DNA from: Lama guanicoe | Lineage: Eukaryota | DNA length: 64,000 nucleotides | Direction of reading: 5' to 3' | Assembly (NCBI GenBank): GCA_013239625.1 | Contig: MU053934.1 | Coordinates: 10,827,003-10,891,002 of the forward strand | Shown: positions 11,755 through 24,038 of the stretch, in pieces | How the letters are laid out: each line of letters starts with the position of its first letter | Position numbering within the stretch: position 1 is the stretch's first letter | Translations under genes and position numbers: made by a program | Notes under the pieces: generated by a model | Database searches by the model: none | What the model was told of the DNA's origin: nothing | The model's input: the letters and a program-made list of their open reading frames with translations, nothing else

Positions 11755-14700
11755 TCAGACTTCTGTTTTGTGCAAATATTTTCTCCCAGTCTGTGGCTTG
11801 TCTTAATATTGTCTTGAGTGAAATCTTTATAATTTCAATAAGTTCCAGTGTATCAAACTTTTGTTTCATAGTTTGCGTTCTCAGGGTCATACTTAAAAAC
11901 TCATCACCAAGCCTAAGATCACATATGACTTTAACCTTGTCGCTGCCTCCCCCTCCCCCTCCTCTTCCTCCTCCTCGACCCTCTCCATCATCACTGTCAC
12001 CTTCATCTTTGTCCCCTTGTCTTCTTCTGTCTTCTTATGCTTATAGTTCCGTGTCTTATATGAAGACCTATCATCCCCTTGAGTTAATTTTTACGAAAGG
12101 CGCAGGGTCTCTGTCTGGGCTGTCTTTTTCAGGTGGACATGCAGCTGTAACAGCACTGTTTGTTGAAAGGACTGTCCTTTCTGTCTTAAGTCACCTTTGT
12201 TCCTTTGTCAAAGATCAATTGATTCTATTCACGTGGACTTTGGTCTATGCCCTTCATCTATGTGTCTGTCTTTCTGCCTACAAAACGCTGTCTGAATTAC
12301 TGCAGTTCTAAAGTAAGATGGCATTGTATGGGGAACACATTTGCCTTTCCACATAAACGTTAGAATCAGTTTGTGAATATCTATAAATTATCTTGCTGTG
12401 ATTTTAATTGGGATTATATTTAATCTATTGGTGATTTGGAGAAGTAACATCTTAACAATGTTGAGTCTTTCAATCCAGGAACGTGAAATATCTTTCTGTT
12501 TATATACGTATCATTTGATTTCTTAATCAGTAGTTTGTCATTTTCCCATATAGATCTTATGCTTGTTTTATTTATACCTAAAGACTTCATGTATTGGTGC
12601 TATAGTGAATGATATTTTTTAAAAATTTCAAATTACGTTCATTCATTGCTGATATATAGGAAAACAGTTGACTTTTGCATGTGAACTTCTTTTCCTGTGG
12701 CCCGGCTGTGACTGCTGACTAGTTACAAGAGGGTTTTTATTGTTGTTGATACTTTGGGATCTTTCTACATAGATAATGTCTGTCATTTGTGAATAAAGAT
12801 ATATGTTATCTTTATTCTTTATTTATTCCTTTCAAATATGTACACTTAGTTTTTATTTCCTTTTCTTATCTTATTGCACTGGCAAACATTCTCAGTATGA
12901 TGTTGAATGCCAGTGGTGGGAAAGAACGTTCTTGCCTTGTTTCTGATTATCTGGAGAAAGTGCTCTGTTCTCACCATTAAATAGAGGGTTAGCCGAGGCT
13001 GCTTGTAGATGTGCTTTATAAAGTCGAGCAAGTTTCCTTTTATTCTTAGTTTGCTGAGAGCTTTTAATAACGAAAGGGGTGTTGGATTTCGTTGCTTCCT
13101 TTCTTAGCATTACAGGGTCTGGGTGCAGACTGACCTCCTCGGCCGGGCTCAGGGGCTCAGGGCCCCCCCGGATTCCTTGGGAGGGACGCCCAAGTCTGAC
13201 TGGGATTCCGGAGCTGCCAGCGGGCCCGTCCTGCCTGGACCCCGTCCTCACACCCGTGTTGGTGACCTTCTGCCAGGTCTGAGCCCACAGACCACAGCTC
13301 TGTTCCTCCTCACCCAGAGGACTATCTGGGGAGGGAGAGGCTGGGCTCCTGCCCAGAGCATGTTTTCTCGTGACTGATTCCTGCGATCGACTTCCTGATG
13401 TTGAACTAGTCCTCTGCTGGCTGACTTTCCAATGCTGAGCCCGTCCTAGAATGACCCCCACTTGGTCGTGCTTTTATTGTTTTATACATTATTTGATTTG
13501 ACTCACTATTTGTTAAGGTTTCTTGTTATGAGAGATGTTGATCTGTAATTTTCCTTTCTTGCAATCTGTTTTTCTGGCTTTGGTATTATTGTAAGGGTAG
13601 CCTCAGAGAGTTCTCTCTGTCCTGAAAGAGAGTGATTGTCGATAACTGCTGTCATTTCTTCTTTAAACGTTCTTGAATGTCACAGTGAGCAATCTGGGCC
13701 TGATGTGTTCTTTTTTCTTTCTCTCTGTCTTTTTTTTTTAAGTTTATCAATTTTTGGTTTGAAGTCTTTAAGAGGTATATTCCTGTTCAAATCTATTCAA
13801 GCGATCTATTTCTTGTTGCATGAATTTTGATGGTTTGTAGCTTTCAAGGAACTGGTCCATTTCACCTGAAACAGTAAATGTGTGGGCTTACAGTTGTTTG
13901 TAGCATTCTTTTATTTTCCTAATGAAATAATGTTTATTGCTTCAGTGGTGATGATCCCGATTTTATTTATGATATTTTGGTAATTTGTGTCTTATCTCCT
14001 TCTTGGTTAGATTGATTAGAGATTTACCAGCCTTGTTGATCTTTTCAAATTACAAACTTTTAATTTTGTCGATTTTTTTCCATGGTTTTCCTGATTTTAA
14101 TTCCATTAATTTCTGCTCTGTGTTATTATGGTTTGTTTCTTGCTTTTGCTTTAGGCTAAAACTACCCTTCTTCCTCTAGTTTCTCCATGTGGGATTATAG
14201 CTGACTCATTTGAGATCTTCCTGATTTTCTAAGATATGCATTTAATCCTGTATTTTTAAATTTTTGATAAGTTATATTCTTATTTTTATTTAGTTTAGTT
14301 TCTAAAAAAATCTCTTAAGATTCCTCCTTTTACTCATGTGTTATTTAGAAGTGTATTATTTAATCTCCAAGTATTTCAAGGTTTTTCATTATCTTTCTAT
14401 TAGTAATTTCTACTTTAATTTCATTGCTTGACAACAGATTTTGTGTGATTCTTGGTCTTTAAAATTTTGAAAGTGTGTTTATGGCCCAGAATGTGGTTTA
14501 TAATGGTGAGTGTCTAACGTGAACTTGAGAAGAATGTGTATTCTGCTGTTGTTGCATGATGTATTCTATAAATGTCAATGAGATCCAGCTGACTGGTTGT
14601 CCTGTTCGGGGGAACCATGCCTTTAATGATTTTCTGCCTTCTTGATCTGCCTGCTACTGACAGAAGGATGCTGAAGTCTCCCAGTGTAATAGAGGGTTTG

Positions 14701-16020
14701 TCCACTTCCTCGTTTACCTTTTTGACCCGATGCATTTTGACGCTCTGGTGTCAGGTACATAGACTTTTGAGACTGTTGTGTCTTCTTGAGGAACTGACCC
14801 CTTTATCCTTCTGTGACAGCCCTCTTTATGGCTGATAACCTTCCCTCTGTAGAAGCCAGCTGGAGCTAGCGCGGTCGCCCAGCCTCCTCCCGATCACTCT
14901 CCCCGCAGCTGACTCGCTGTATGTAAAACGGGTCTCTTGCCGAGAACACATGCTTGGGTCCTGGTCTTTTTTTCTATCCGCTCTGACAACCTCTGCATTT
15001 TAATTGCTATATTTAGGCCATTCACATTTAAAGTGCCATTTAAAATTTAATTACATAAAATCTGCCCTGTTTGTAGTTTTTCTCTGTTCATTGCACTTGT
15101 TCTTTGTTACTCTTTTGGTCTTCCCTCTTTTGTCTTCTCTGATTTCCACAGAGCTTTCTGTAAGACTACATTCTCTTGCTGTACATATTACACTTCTTCT
15201 GTTAATTGGTGGTTGCCCTAGAGTCTTCAATAGGCATTTTAAACTAACATAAGTCCTCCTTGAAACGATATTGCGTGGTCACATGATTAGTGTGGGTGCC
15301 TTGTAACTGAACGCCCTCAATTCCTGCCTTTCATTTCTGTCATTCTCTTCTCCATACACTGTATTCACTCATTAAACTGTTACTATTATTAATTTGAACA
15401 GTTATCTTTTCAATTAGTTAAGAATAAGGAAAATAAAAGATTTTGTCTTACCTTCGTTTATTCCTTTCCTTATGAGGTCTGAGTTTCCAACCCATGTCAT
15501 CTTCTTTCTTCCTGAAGAGCTTCTTTAAACATCGATAGTGGGGCAGGACTTCTGGTGGTGACATTCCTGGTTTGGTCTGTATTTACCAACTCCTTATTTA
15601 TTCTTCCCCTTTAAAGGATAATTTCATCGACTATAGAATTCTGGATTTTAAAAAAATTAACTTTTTGTGTATTTCACACCGCCGGCTTCCTGACTGCATG
15701 GTGTCAGATGAGCCATCTCCTGAATTCGTGTCTTTGTCCCTGTGTAGGAAAGGTGCTGTGTTTTTCTCTGGCTTCATGTAGGTTTTCCTCTTTGTTTGAA
15801 TATAACGTGAATGTGACATGCCTAGGTGTGTGGTTTTCCTCTTTCAACACCATCTGCTATTCAGGAAGCTTCCTGGGTCTGTGGCTCTGCGTCTGTCATT
15901 AACTTCGGAAAGGTTTTGCATATGTGCATTCCTGCTTCATATGTCTTTTCTCTCCTTTGGGAACTTGTATGTGTTATACCCTTTGAAATTGTCCCACAGT
16001 CCTTGCATGTTCTGGAAGCA
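11755..16020 (-). mobile_element. Long degraded L1M (ORF2 to 5' region), antisense, interrupted by a C/T-rich simple repeat (~11945-12035) and by the 13114-13359 insertion
   Basis: Continuous T-rich L1 antisense motifs. ORF 14514-14735(-) 'DKPSITLGDFSILLS...LDLIDIYRIHHATTAEYTFFSS' matches the L1 endonuclease. Confidence 0.9.
13114..13359 (+). repeat. Copy 2 of the local duplication, inserted inside the old L1
   Basis: GC-rich block within AT-rich L1; L1 sequence is present on both sides ('ggtgttggatttc' on the left, 'gatgttgaactagtcc...ccccacttggtcgtg' on the right). Confidence 0.95.
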
Positions 16021-16279
16021 GCCATGGCACCCGCTCTGGCTTTCCTAGCCTGTGGCTTCTGCTGGTCCTTTTAATTCTACCCGCTGCTCGAGACCCCGGG
16101 TGGCATCAAGCTCAGGCAAACTGCAGAAGCCGCCGCACTTTGCCTGCAGACCCGTGACAAATTCAGTCCCTGCCCTGCGCCCAGAACCTGTCCCTGGCTT
16201 GTTGCTTCATCCTTCCCCGCCTGGGCCACAGTCTGAAGGTCGCGTGATGCCGAAGAGAGGCCTGGCTAGGACTCAGGCA

Positions 16280-16455
16280 GATCTTGCCTCTGCACCTCCC
16301 TGTGTGAACTGGGGCCACCACGTGACCTGCCTGAGCCCTGAACTCCTGGTCTTTACATTAAGGATAGTACCTCAACTTCACACGGCTGCCGTGAAGATCA
16401 GATAACAGGTGTGAAGTTTGCTGTGTGGTTCGTGCACGCTTTAATAAATGTAGCT
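16280..16455 (+). mobile_element. MIR SINE
   Basis: 'ctctgcacctccctgtgtgaactggggcca...ctgagccctgaactcctggtctttacattaaggatagtacctcaacttcacacggctgccgtgaagatcagataa'. Confidence 0.65.
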
Positions 16456-18079
16456 CACACAAGTGCCCGCCCCGTGTCTGGCTCAGCACATTTCTCGTCT
16501 CCAGGTGTCCCTGTTGTCCTGTCTCCTTCATGCGGGCTGGCACTGTCCCAGGAAGTGATCTGCAAATTACGTTCTTTGCCTGCTGAGTGTGGATGCTAAG
16601 TGTCGGTGGGAGAGAGCTCTCCCTGCGCTCGTCTCCGCGCCCTCCCTCGGCATCAGACCTCGTCTGTGGCCTGAGCCAGACCTCTCCCTAGTCCGACCAC
16701 GGCTGCACTGCTTGCATCTGATGAAATAGTTACACATCTCTTCTCTCTCGCTGGGAATGTCTTTCTCAAATTACCCCTTAAACTTTACTTCCATAATTGC
16801 CTTCTCCATTTGGCTTCCAAATATGCAAGTAAATTTCAGGGCTGTCTTACAGGCACATCGGGTGGGAGTCACTGCAGAGAGGTGAAAAGAGGGCCCATGT
16901 AGGGAAAATCTACAGTCAAATAAGTTTGGGAAATTATAAAGAAAGCTCAACAATTTTTTTCCTGTTGCTGGACGTCTCAGGACCTTTATTTTCATGACTG
17001 AGCCCTGTGGGTCTCTAGGACGGAGACTCCGCACATCAAATTGCCCAAACACAAAGCTTTCTCCTCCCCTTGCTCCGTCTTTCTTAGACATTTTTCTTTC
17101 TCCCCATGAAGTCATCTTGCAGGAATAATGCCCCCTGTGGAATCCTCTTAGACAGCACTGGCGGCAGTTCCAGGGAGAGCATGGCAAGGGTTACATTTGC
17201 TTTCTGACATTACACCTACAGCGTTTCCCAGTCAGGGACTCTGGGGCTTGGAAGCCCACAGGCTCAAGACTGGTGCCTGATGCCTGCTCATATCCACCCC
17301 CCACCTTGATCTTCTGTCAGTCATGCCCTCCTGTCAATCTCCAGCCTGATGTGGGCATGGCAGAGGCTGAAGGCTGGTGCTGGCCGTGCCCGGAGGGGAG
17401 TCCTGGGTGAGGCAGGGTCCTCTGAAGACATTTCCAAATCTATACTTAATGACTCCATCAAGACCTGGCTTACTTTTTCCTTTTTAAAGTAAAATGCCTG
17501 GGGACAAAGTCTCCTAAACATGTACACTTGTCAGCACATGTCTAACCCATCTTTGTTTTGCCAAGTACCTTGTGTAGCGAGTGTAACAATATAAGCATTT
17601 AGCAACTGCTGTTGAATGAAAGAGCAGAAATTACATCCTGGGATCTTGAGAAATGCCATCTCGGGGACGATGGTGAACAGACAGCGTGATTAAATCCAGA
17701 TGCCAAGAAGCTTTTTCAGCGTCTCAGGGGACGACATTCCCATCATTTGCTTGGTGAGAACTGCTCTCTGCTCCGCCTTGAAGCCAGCTCTTTCCTGGCA
17801 CTGGATGCACAGTCTAAGCAGCATTTAATTCCAGTGAAGCTTTTCTCACTTCCTGCTCATGATCCACTTTGACTTGGGACCGATCAAGACTGGCCAGTTT
17901 GCTCCAAGCCTGTGTCATCTGGGTCAACCTTCCTGGGCAGCCGGATTTCTTCCTGCCTCATAAGCCGCACTGAGGACATGGGATAGGTGACCTCAACACA
18001 TCATTCTGATGCACCCTGCTAGGTGGCAAGCCACGCTTCCTCCGTTGTCCTTTCTTTTGCCACAGGTCCACTTCCAGGA

Positions 18080-20080
18080 GGAGAAGGAGAGATGCTGCTT
18101 GGGAGGTGAAAGCGCTTTTCCAGCTGGGAGAGGATGATAGCTTGGACCAGACAATGGCAGTTGACATGGAACTGACTTCAGGTACTTTTGGAGGAAGGGG
18201 CACCTGATACTGCCTGTGGTGGCGCAGGGGCTGGAGGAGATGGGAGAATCGGGGGAACCCAGGGTTTATATGTTTGGCCTGGAGCAACTGGACTGCCATG
18301 CCATACAGAGGGGGGAGGGACTCCCGGGGCAGCGGGAGCCCGTGGGAGGGAAGCGAAGCGTTCAGTGTTGGACGTAATAAATCTGAAATGACGTTAGACA
18401 TCCATCCACTGTCCAAAGGGCAGTTAGGTGTACTAATCCTGGAGCCCTCTGGTAAGGTAGAACTTCGGAAGTCATCCGTGGGTAGATGGCATTTGTAGTC
18501 CCAGGACTGAATGGGATCCTCCAGAGCATGAGCAGAACGACGGCCCAGGCCTGAGTCCTGAGGGACTTCGGCATTGGAGCCCCACTGAGAAGGGGGAGTC
18601 ACTGGGAAGAGACGGCGGCTGGGAGCACTGGGTGTCTCAGAGGCCAAAAGGCGGAGCAGTCAACTGAGTGAACGCGTACGTAAGCCAGCAACCACCACCA
18701 CCCAGCGGTGTGGTGCACACCCAGCAGCGAGCCTGGTGGTCGCAAGAAGGGACGGGGTCGGGAGCGCAGAGGGAGGTGAGTCTAGAAGAGGCCGGGGGGG
18801 TGATACTGATGACACGTGTGGGGGAGTCCCCCCGGGAAGGGAAGAGGAGCAATGAGGCGTGGCTAGAGGGAGCTATGAAGTCAAGAGAAATTTTGTTTAC
18901 CTTTTATTTATGTCAGGTGGCACATCGACTGTGGCCCCTAAGCAAGGGAAGACTCAGTGATTTCAAAGACAAAGGGCACTGCAGATGCACAAGTTCGTCT
19001 CTGAGAAGGCCAGTCTAGGTGAGCCAGCAAAGGACTGGATCTCTGATAAGCGTGGGCGCCCTTTTTAGAACGTAAGAGGGGAGAGTGGAAGGATGAGCAT
19101 GGGAACAGGAGTGGACGGATTTGGGATAAAAGGAGGAGGCAGCTCCTGTTTTCTCAACGAAGCCTCAGATGCTGGTGGACGGCGGAGGTAGAAGGCATGA
19201 AACGGTGGCCTTGTGAAAAGGAGAAATTAGTGGATTAGGACTACTGCGCAATTTTGCCTACTAGTTTGATGGAGAATTTAAAGAAGTATTTTAACTACAG
19301 CTGCGTGTTTTACCCTACCTACATTCAGCAGCCCGGGCGAGGTGCAGAGTGGGCAGAGAAGGGGGAGGGGGCAGTATGTCAGAGGAAATGAGAGAGAAGA
19401 CGACTGAAATCAAGAAGAAGGCTTAGAATGATGCACCACAGGATCTAATCTGAGCAAAGGGTGAAGCCAAGACGTAAGAGGGGCAGTGGATCTTCAAAAA
19501 GTGGTTGGTGGTGCAGTTACTTCAACATCAAAATGTTATGATCAGGAATGTGGAAGTGAAGGCACTGTGAGGTGGGACGCTAGGGTAAGGGTGCTGGGGA
19601 GGGCTGGTGACCATTGCGTAGGGTGCTCTTGCTGTTCTGAAGATGAGGTGGCCTCGGATCTGACATGGGAGAGGATGGGGTGAAGGGAGAGATCGCCAGG
19701 AATTAGGAGGCCGAGTGGAAGGGAAGAGAGATGCTCCCTGTGGATGCTGACATCACAGAGGATGGTGGACATGGATACCAAAGTGTCAGGCAGGTGCCAA
19801 GGTCTGTAATAAACACTGGGAGGGACCTGGACCTCAGACGACATCCACACGGGATGGGCAGCTAATGGAATGACACACAGCTTAAAGAAGTTAGAATACT
19901 GAATAAGGAAGAAGACCAAAATGCATTTGGACACAGCAAATGTTGTAAAAGGACCCTTGCCCGAATCCCAGGCCTGAGGTCCAGGTGTGTGGGTTGCGTA
20001 GACTCAGCGTGACAGAGAGACCGGGATAGTGGGGCCTTTGAGGAATAGATGGATCTCCAGGCCGAAGAAAGCATCTCCAA
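18080..20080 (-). mobile_element. L2 LINE remnant, including the decayed reverse transcriptase region
   Basis: Purine-rich antisense L2 motifs. ORF 17958-18647(-) 'DPIQSWDYKCHLPTDD...CPLDSGWMS' resembles the L2 RT motif 'DLIHSHGFxYHLYADD...CLLDISxWMS'. Confidence 0.75.
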
Positions 20081-20104
20081 AGGATTTGCTTGTTTCGTGT
20101 CTGT

Positions 20105-20230
20105 CTCTATTAAAACGCAAGCATCAGGGCAGGATTTACCTGTTTTTGTCGCCGTTTTATCCTAGTACTTTGGACAGAGCTTTGAACGTAGAAGATACTC
20201 AATGAATGTTTGTTTAATAAATGTTGAGTT
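20105..20230 (+). mobile_element. L2 3' end
   Basis: 'gcaagcatcagggcaggatt...tttatcctagtac...gtagaagatactcaatgaatgtttgtttaataaatg'. Confidence 0.6.
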
Positions 20231-20379
20231 ATGAATGTTGCCATTTGTAATCACAAAGTAGTCACCTTAATTTCTACTTTCTGTAGGTCAGGGAGGCTTA
20301 CTTTGAGTTTCAAGTATGGTCTAATCTTCTATCACATAAACGTTGCAATAGGCATCATTCTACAGTGACAGCGTGCTGC

Positions 20380-23000
20380 GTTTCATAACTATTATATATA
20401 TTATGCTATTTGTAGTAATCTGAACTTCTCTACCCTATTTACTCTTTTGCCTACTTGATCTGTCAAGGAATAAAAGAATAATCAGCTGCTATTGGGTGTC
20501 TGACACATTCTCGTCATATTTCAATTTGATTTTTCTGTATCTACTCTGATGCTGTGCTATTTGGCGCATGAAGGTTCATAACCGCCATCCCGTTGTATCA
20601 AAATGAACACTTAATAAAACATCACCCACCTTGTCCTATTCAATTTTGTATTTTTCTCTGACTCATACTCTATTCTAGGTTATCACTGTCTCCTGCGTTT
20701 TCTTTGAGTCTTCTTGGTATGTATCTGTCTGTTCCTCCACTTTTAATTTCTCCAAATCTCTTTGCTTTAGTGGTGACTCTGGTTAGATTATGCACAGACA
20801 GACTTTGGTTTTGTTCCAGCTCAAGGGTCATTCTTTAGTAATAAATGTAATCCTTTTAAAGTTTCTGCCATAAGCAACATATTTTGTCTGATTTCTATCC
20901 TATTTTTTTGTGCTTCTAGCCTCTCAGTTTCTTATTGTTGTCCTCATTTTATCTTTGTCATATGCCCTTTCTCTCTGAGAACAGTGATTTCTGAGGGCAT
21001 GCACACAGTGGCAGTTCTTCAGCTGGCTACCTGTGATGCTGCTTCTGACTCTTACGGATCGCTCTGCTTGCCAGGGTCTACTCAAGTTTCTTAGCGGCCC
21101 TTCCACCCTGTAAGATCCAGACATTTTCACTCTTTTTTATTTTTTAAGTTTCTATTTTATTTTTTTCCCTAGATCATTCTATTTATTTTTTAAATTTGTT
21201 TATTCATTCATAATCATTTTACAATGTTGTGTCAAATTCCAGTGTAGAGCACAATTTTTCAGTCATGCATGAACATACATATATTCATTGTCACATTCTT
21301 TTCTCTGTGAGCTACCATAAGATCTTGTATATATTTCCCTGTGCTATACAGTATAATCTTGTTATCTATTCTACTATTTTGAAATCCCAGTCTATCTCTT
21401 CCCACCCCCCGCCGCCTTGGCAACCACAAGTTTGTATTCTATGTCTGTGAGTCTATTTCTGTTTTGTATTTGGTCTTTGTTTGTTTTTTTTTTTTTTAGA
21501 TTCCACATATGAGCGATCTCATATGGTATTTTTCTTTCTCTTTCTGGCTTACTTCACTTAGAATGACATTCTCCAGGAGCATCCATGTTGCTGCAAATGG
21601 CATTATGTTGTCGGTTTTTATGGCTGAGTAGTATTCCATTGTATAAATATACCACCTCTTCTTTATCCAGTCATCTGTTTATGGATATTTAGGCTGTTTC
21701 TATTTCTTGGCTATTGTAAATAGTGCTGCTATGAACATTAGGGTGCAGGTGTCATCCTGAAGTAGGGTTCCTTCTGGATACATGCCCAGGAGCAGGATTC
21801 CTGGATCATATGGTAAGTCTACTCCTAGTCTTCTGAGGAATCCCCATCCTGTTTTCCACAGTGGCTGCACCAAACTGCATTCCCACCAGCAGTGTAGGAG
21901 AGTTCCCTTTTCTCCACAGCCTCTCCAGCATTTGTCATTTGTGGATGTTTGAATGACGGCCATTCTGACTGGTGTGAGGTGATACCTCACTATAGTTTTG
22001 ATTTGCATTTCTCTGATAATTAGTGATATTGAGCATTTTTTTCATGTGCCTTTGGTCATTTGTATGTCTTCCTTGGAGAGTATACAATGGAATAAAGACA
22101 GTCTCTTCAGCAAGTGGTGTTGGGAAAACTGGACAGCAGCATGTAAAACAATGAAGCTAGAACACACCCTTACACCATACACAAAAATAAACTCAAAATG
22201 GATCAATGACTTAAACATAAGACAAGATACAATAAACCTCCTAGAGGAAAACACAGGCAAAACATTATCTGACATACATTTCAAAAATTTTCTCCTAGAA
22301 GAAATAAAAGCAAGAATAAACAAATGGGACCTAATGAAACTTANNNNNNNNNNNNNNNNNNNNNNNNNNNNNNNNAAAATAAAACAACAACCTACGGAAT
22401 GGGAGAACATTTTTGCAAATGAAACTGACAAAGGCTTGATCTCCAGAATATATAAGCAGCTCATACGACTCAATAAGAAAAAAATAAGCAACCCAATCCA
22501 AAAATGGGCAGAAGACCCAGACATTTTCACTCTTAATTTCTTCCAGAATTCAATTTCCAACTCTAAGGTTTTACTGATAAATTCTGGAATAAAACAAAGC
22601 ACATTGATTTTTAAACATTTTCTCTGTATAGATTCTATCTTAACAATGATTAAGAATACATAATTTGGAGCCATATGTACTGTAACCATTAATTGTATGT
22701 TTAAATGGTTTCAGGGTTCACTGTTACCTCTTTTATAGCACAGCTCCTCTACTCCTGGTTAGCTTTTTTGAACTCATTTAACAAGTGACCAGAATGTCTT
22801 ATGAGGTGATTTGTCCAGACAGAATACGTGGGTGCTGTATTTTCAAAGCCTTTGCATATCTGAGACATTTTTTTCTTGACTTCATTGGCAGATGCCAACT
22901 GAGTGGGATATAGTGTAATTGAATCCAGGTATTTCTCTCTTAAAATGCTTTAGACGTCCCTCCACTGCTTCCTGTCTTGTAAGAGTGAAGAGAACCATGA
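20380..23000 (-). mobile_element. Ancient L1ME-like fragment, split by the young L1 insertion at 21135-22516
   Basis: Degraded L1 antisense motifs ('gatgctgtgctatttggcgcatgaagg', 'gcctttgcatatctgagacatttt...tgggatatag') occur on both sides of the insertion. Confidence 0.65.
21135..22516 (-). mobile_element. Young lineage-specific L1, 5'-truncated with a 5' inversion; 18-bp TSD CCAGACATTTTCACTCTT
   Basis: TSD at 21117-21134 and 22517-22534; T-rich tail from 21135. The 21135-22080 segment is antisense (ORF2 C-terminus '[10 protein letters not shown]...[18 protein letters not shown]'); the 22081-22516 segment is sense ('WCWENW...[13 protein letters not shown]'). Assembly N gap at 22344-22375. 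Confidence 0.97.
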
Positions 23001-23159
23001 GACAAAGCAGCCTTTCCTCCCTTTGTCAGCAGCTGCTGCCCAAGGCCCGCCGTGTACCTAGCCAGTGGGACAACGCTCAGCTCATGCCTGCTGACCAGAC
23101 CATCCAGTCCCTTCTCCACATCTCCTTGTATTTAAAAAGCACATCCACACTCAGTATCT

Positions 23160-23275
23160 CCTTGGAAACATTATAGATAGAGACACCAAGCTTAAGGAGG
23201 TGATGTGAGTTGTCCAAGTCCAGCGGCAGAAGCAGGATGGGGTCCCAGGCCTGAATTCAGGTCTTGCTGCCTAAA
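23160..23275 (-). mobile_element. MIR fragment
   Basis: 'cattatagatagagacaccaagcttaaggaggtgatgtgagttgtccaagtc...gaattcaggtc'. Confidence 0.5.
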
Positions 23276-23658
23276 AATCCTGTTCTCCAGAATGAATTTT
23301 TTTTGTTGTGCTTCCTCCCAACCCAATCTGAAGAAGTCTTTGTATCAATTTATCAGCCACAGAGGAAATGCATCCAGTGTGTGGTAAACATCAGGCTAGA
23401 GGAAGGAAGTAGTGGTCCAGTGAGAACATCCCTCGTGGGTTTGAGTTCTCCTCTCCTCAAGATAATGTGAAGATTAGTCCGCATGCTTTTAAATGACCCC
23501 CTGGGTGTTCTCATAATTGCTAAGATTCAATTAAATAGGGGCTGGGCTGACAGAGGTTGGGCTGATACAGTCTCACCAGTATACATGGTCATCACTCTAC
23601 TAGCAGTTTCCGAATTCTGAAGTTGAGGAGTGCCAATTTTTAAAAACATGGAAAAGCC

Positions 23659-24038
23659 TGCACACTGAAAAAAAGACTTTATTCAAGGTTTTAAGAACTG
23701 CAATTCAGGAGGTACGTATTCAGGTAAAATTGAGTGTTTCAGGGAAGAGAAAGAGCCAAGAGCTTATAAAGGCAGAAGTCACGAGTCTGTTCTCTGATGC
23801 AGGAAAGGAAACATGTATCCTTAAGGGATGGCTGTCACGAGTTGTTGCAGGGTCAGGGTTTTATAAGTATCTTGACTTTTTGGCAGATGTGGATGCCTTC
23901 ATTAGGACAAGAAGTGGTCAAAAGGTCAGATTCCAACCAGGCTGAGATGTGCATAGGACACCCTTCTCAGTGGCCTCCTGGCTCCACCTTAGAGAGCTCT
24001 GGTGGCAATACCGACTCCATTTTGTTCTTCCTTTCACA
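23659..24038 (-). mobile_element. ERV1-class 3' LTR
   Basis: The minus strand begins TGTGAAAGGAAGAACAAAATGGAGTC just after a polypurine tract (AAAAGGGGGAAC, 24039-24050). AATAAA (tttatt at ~23678) lies near the far end, which finishes in ...CA. Confidence 0.85.

Noticed and set aside
17958..18647. 229-aa ORF as a possible domesticated reverse transcriptase
   Set aside because: The catalytic YADD is degenerate (PTDD) and similarity is patchy; an ordinary L2 fossil.
21998..22689. 221-aa and 215-aa ORFs as genes
   Set aside because: Chimeric read-throughs of the inverted L1 ORF2 segments that span an N gap.
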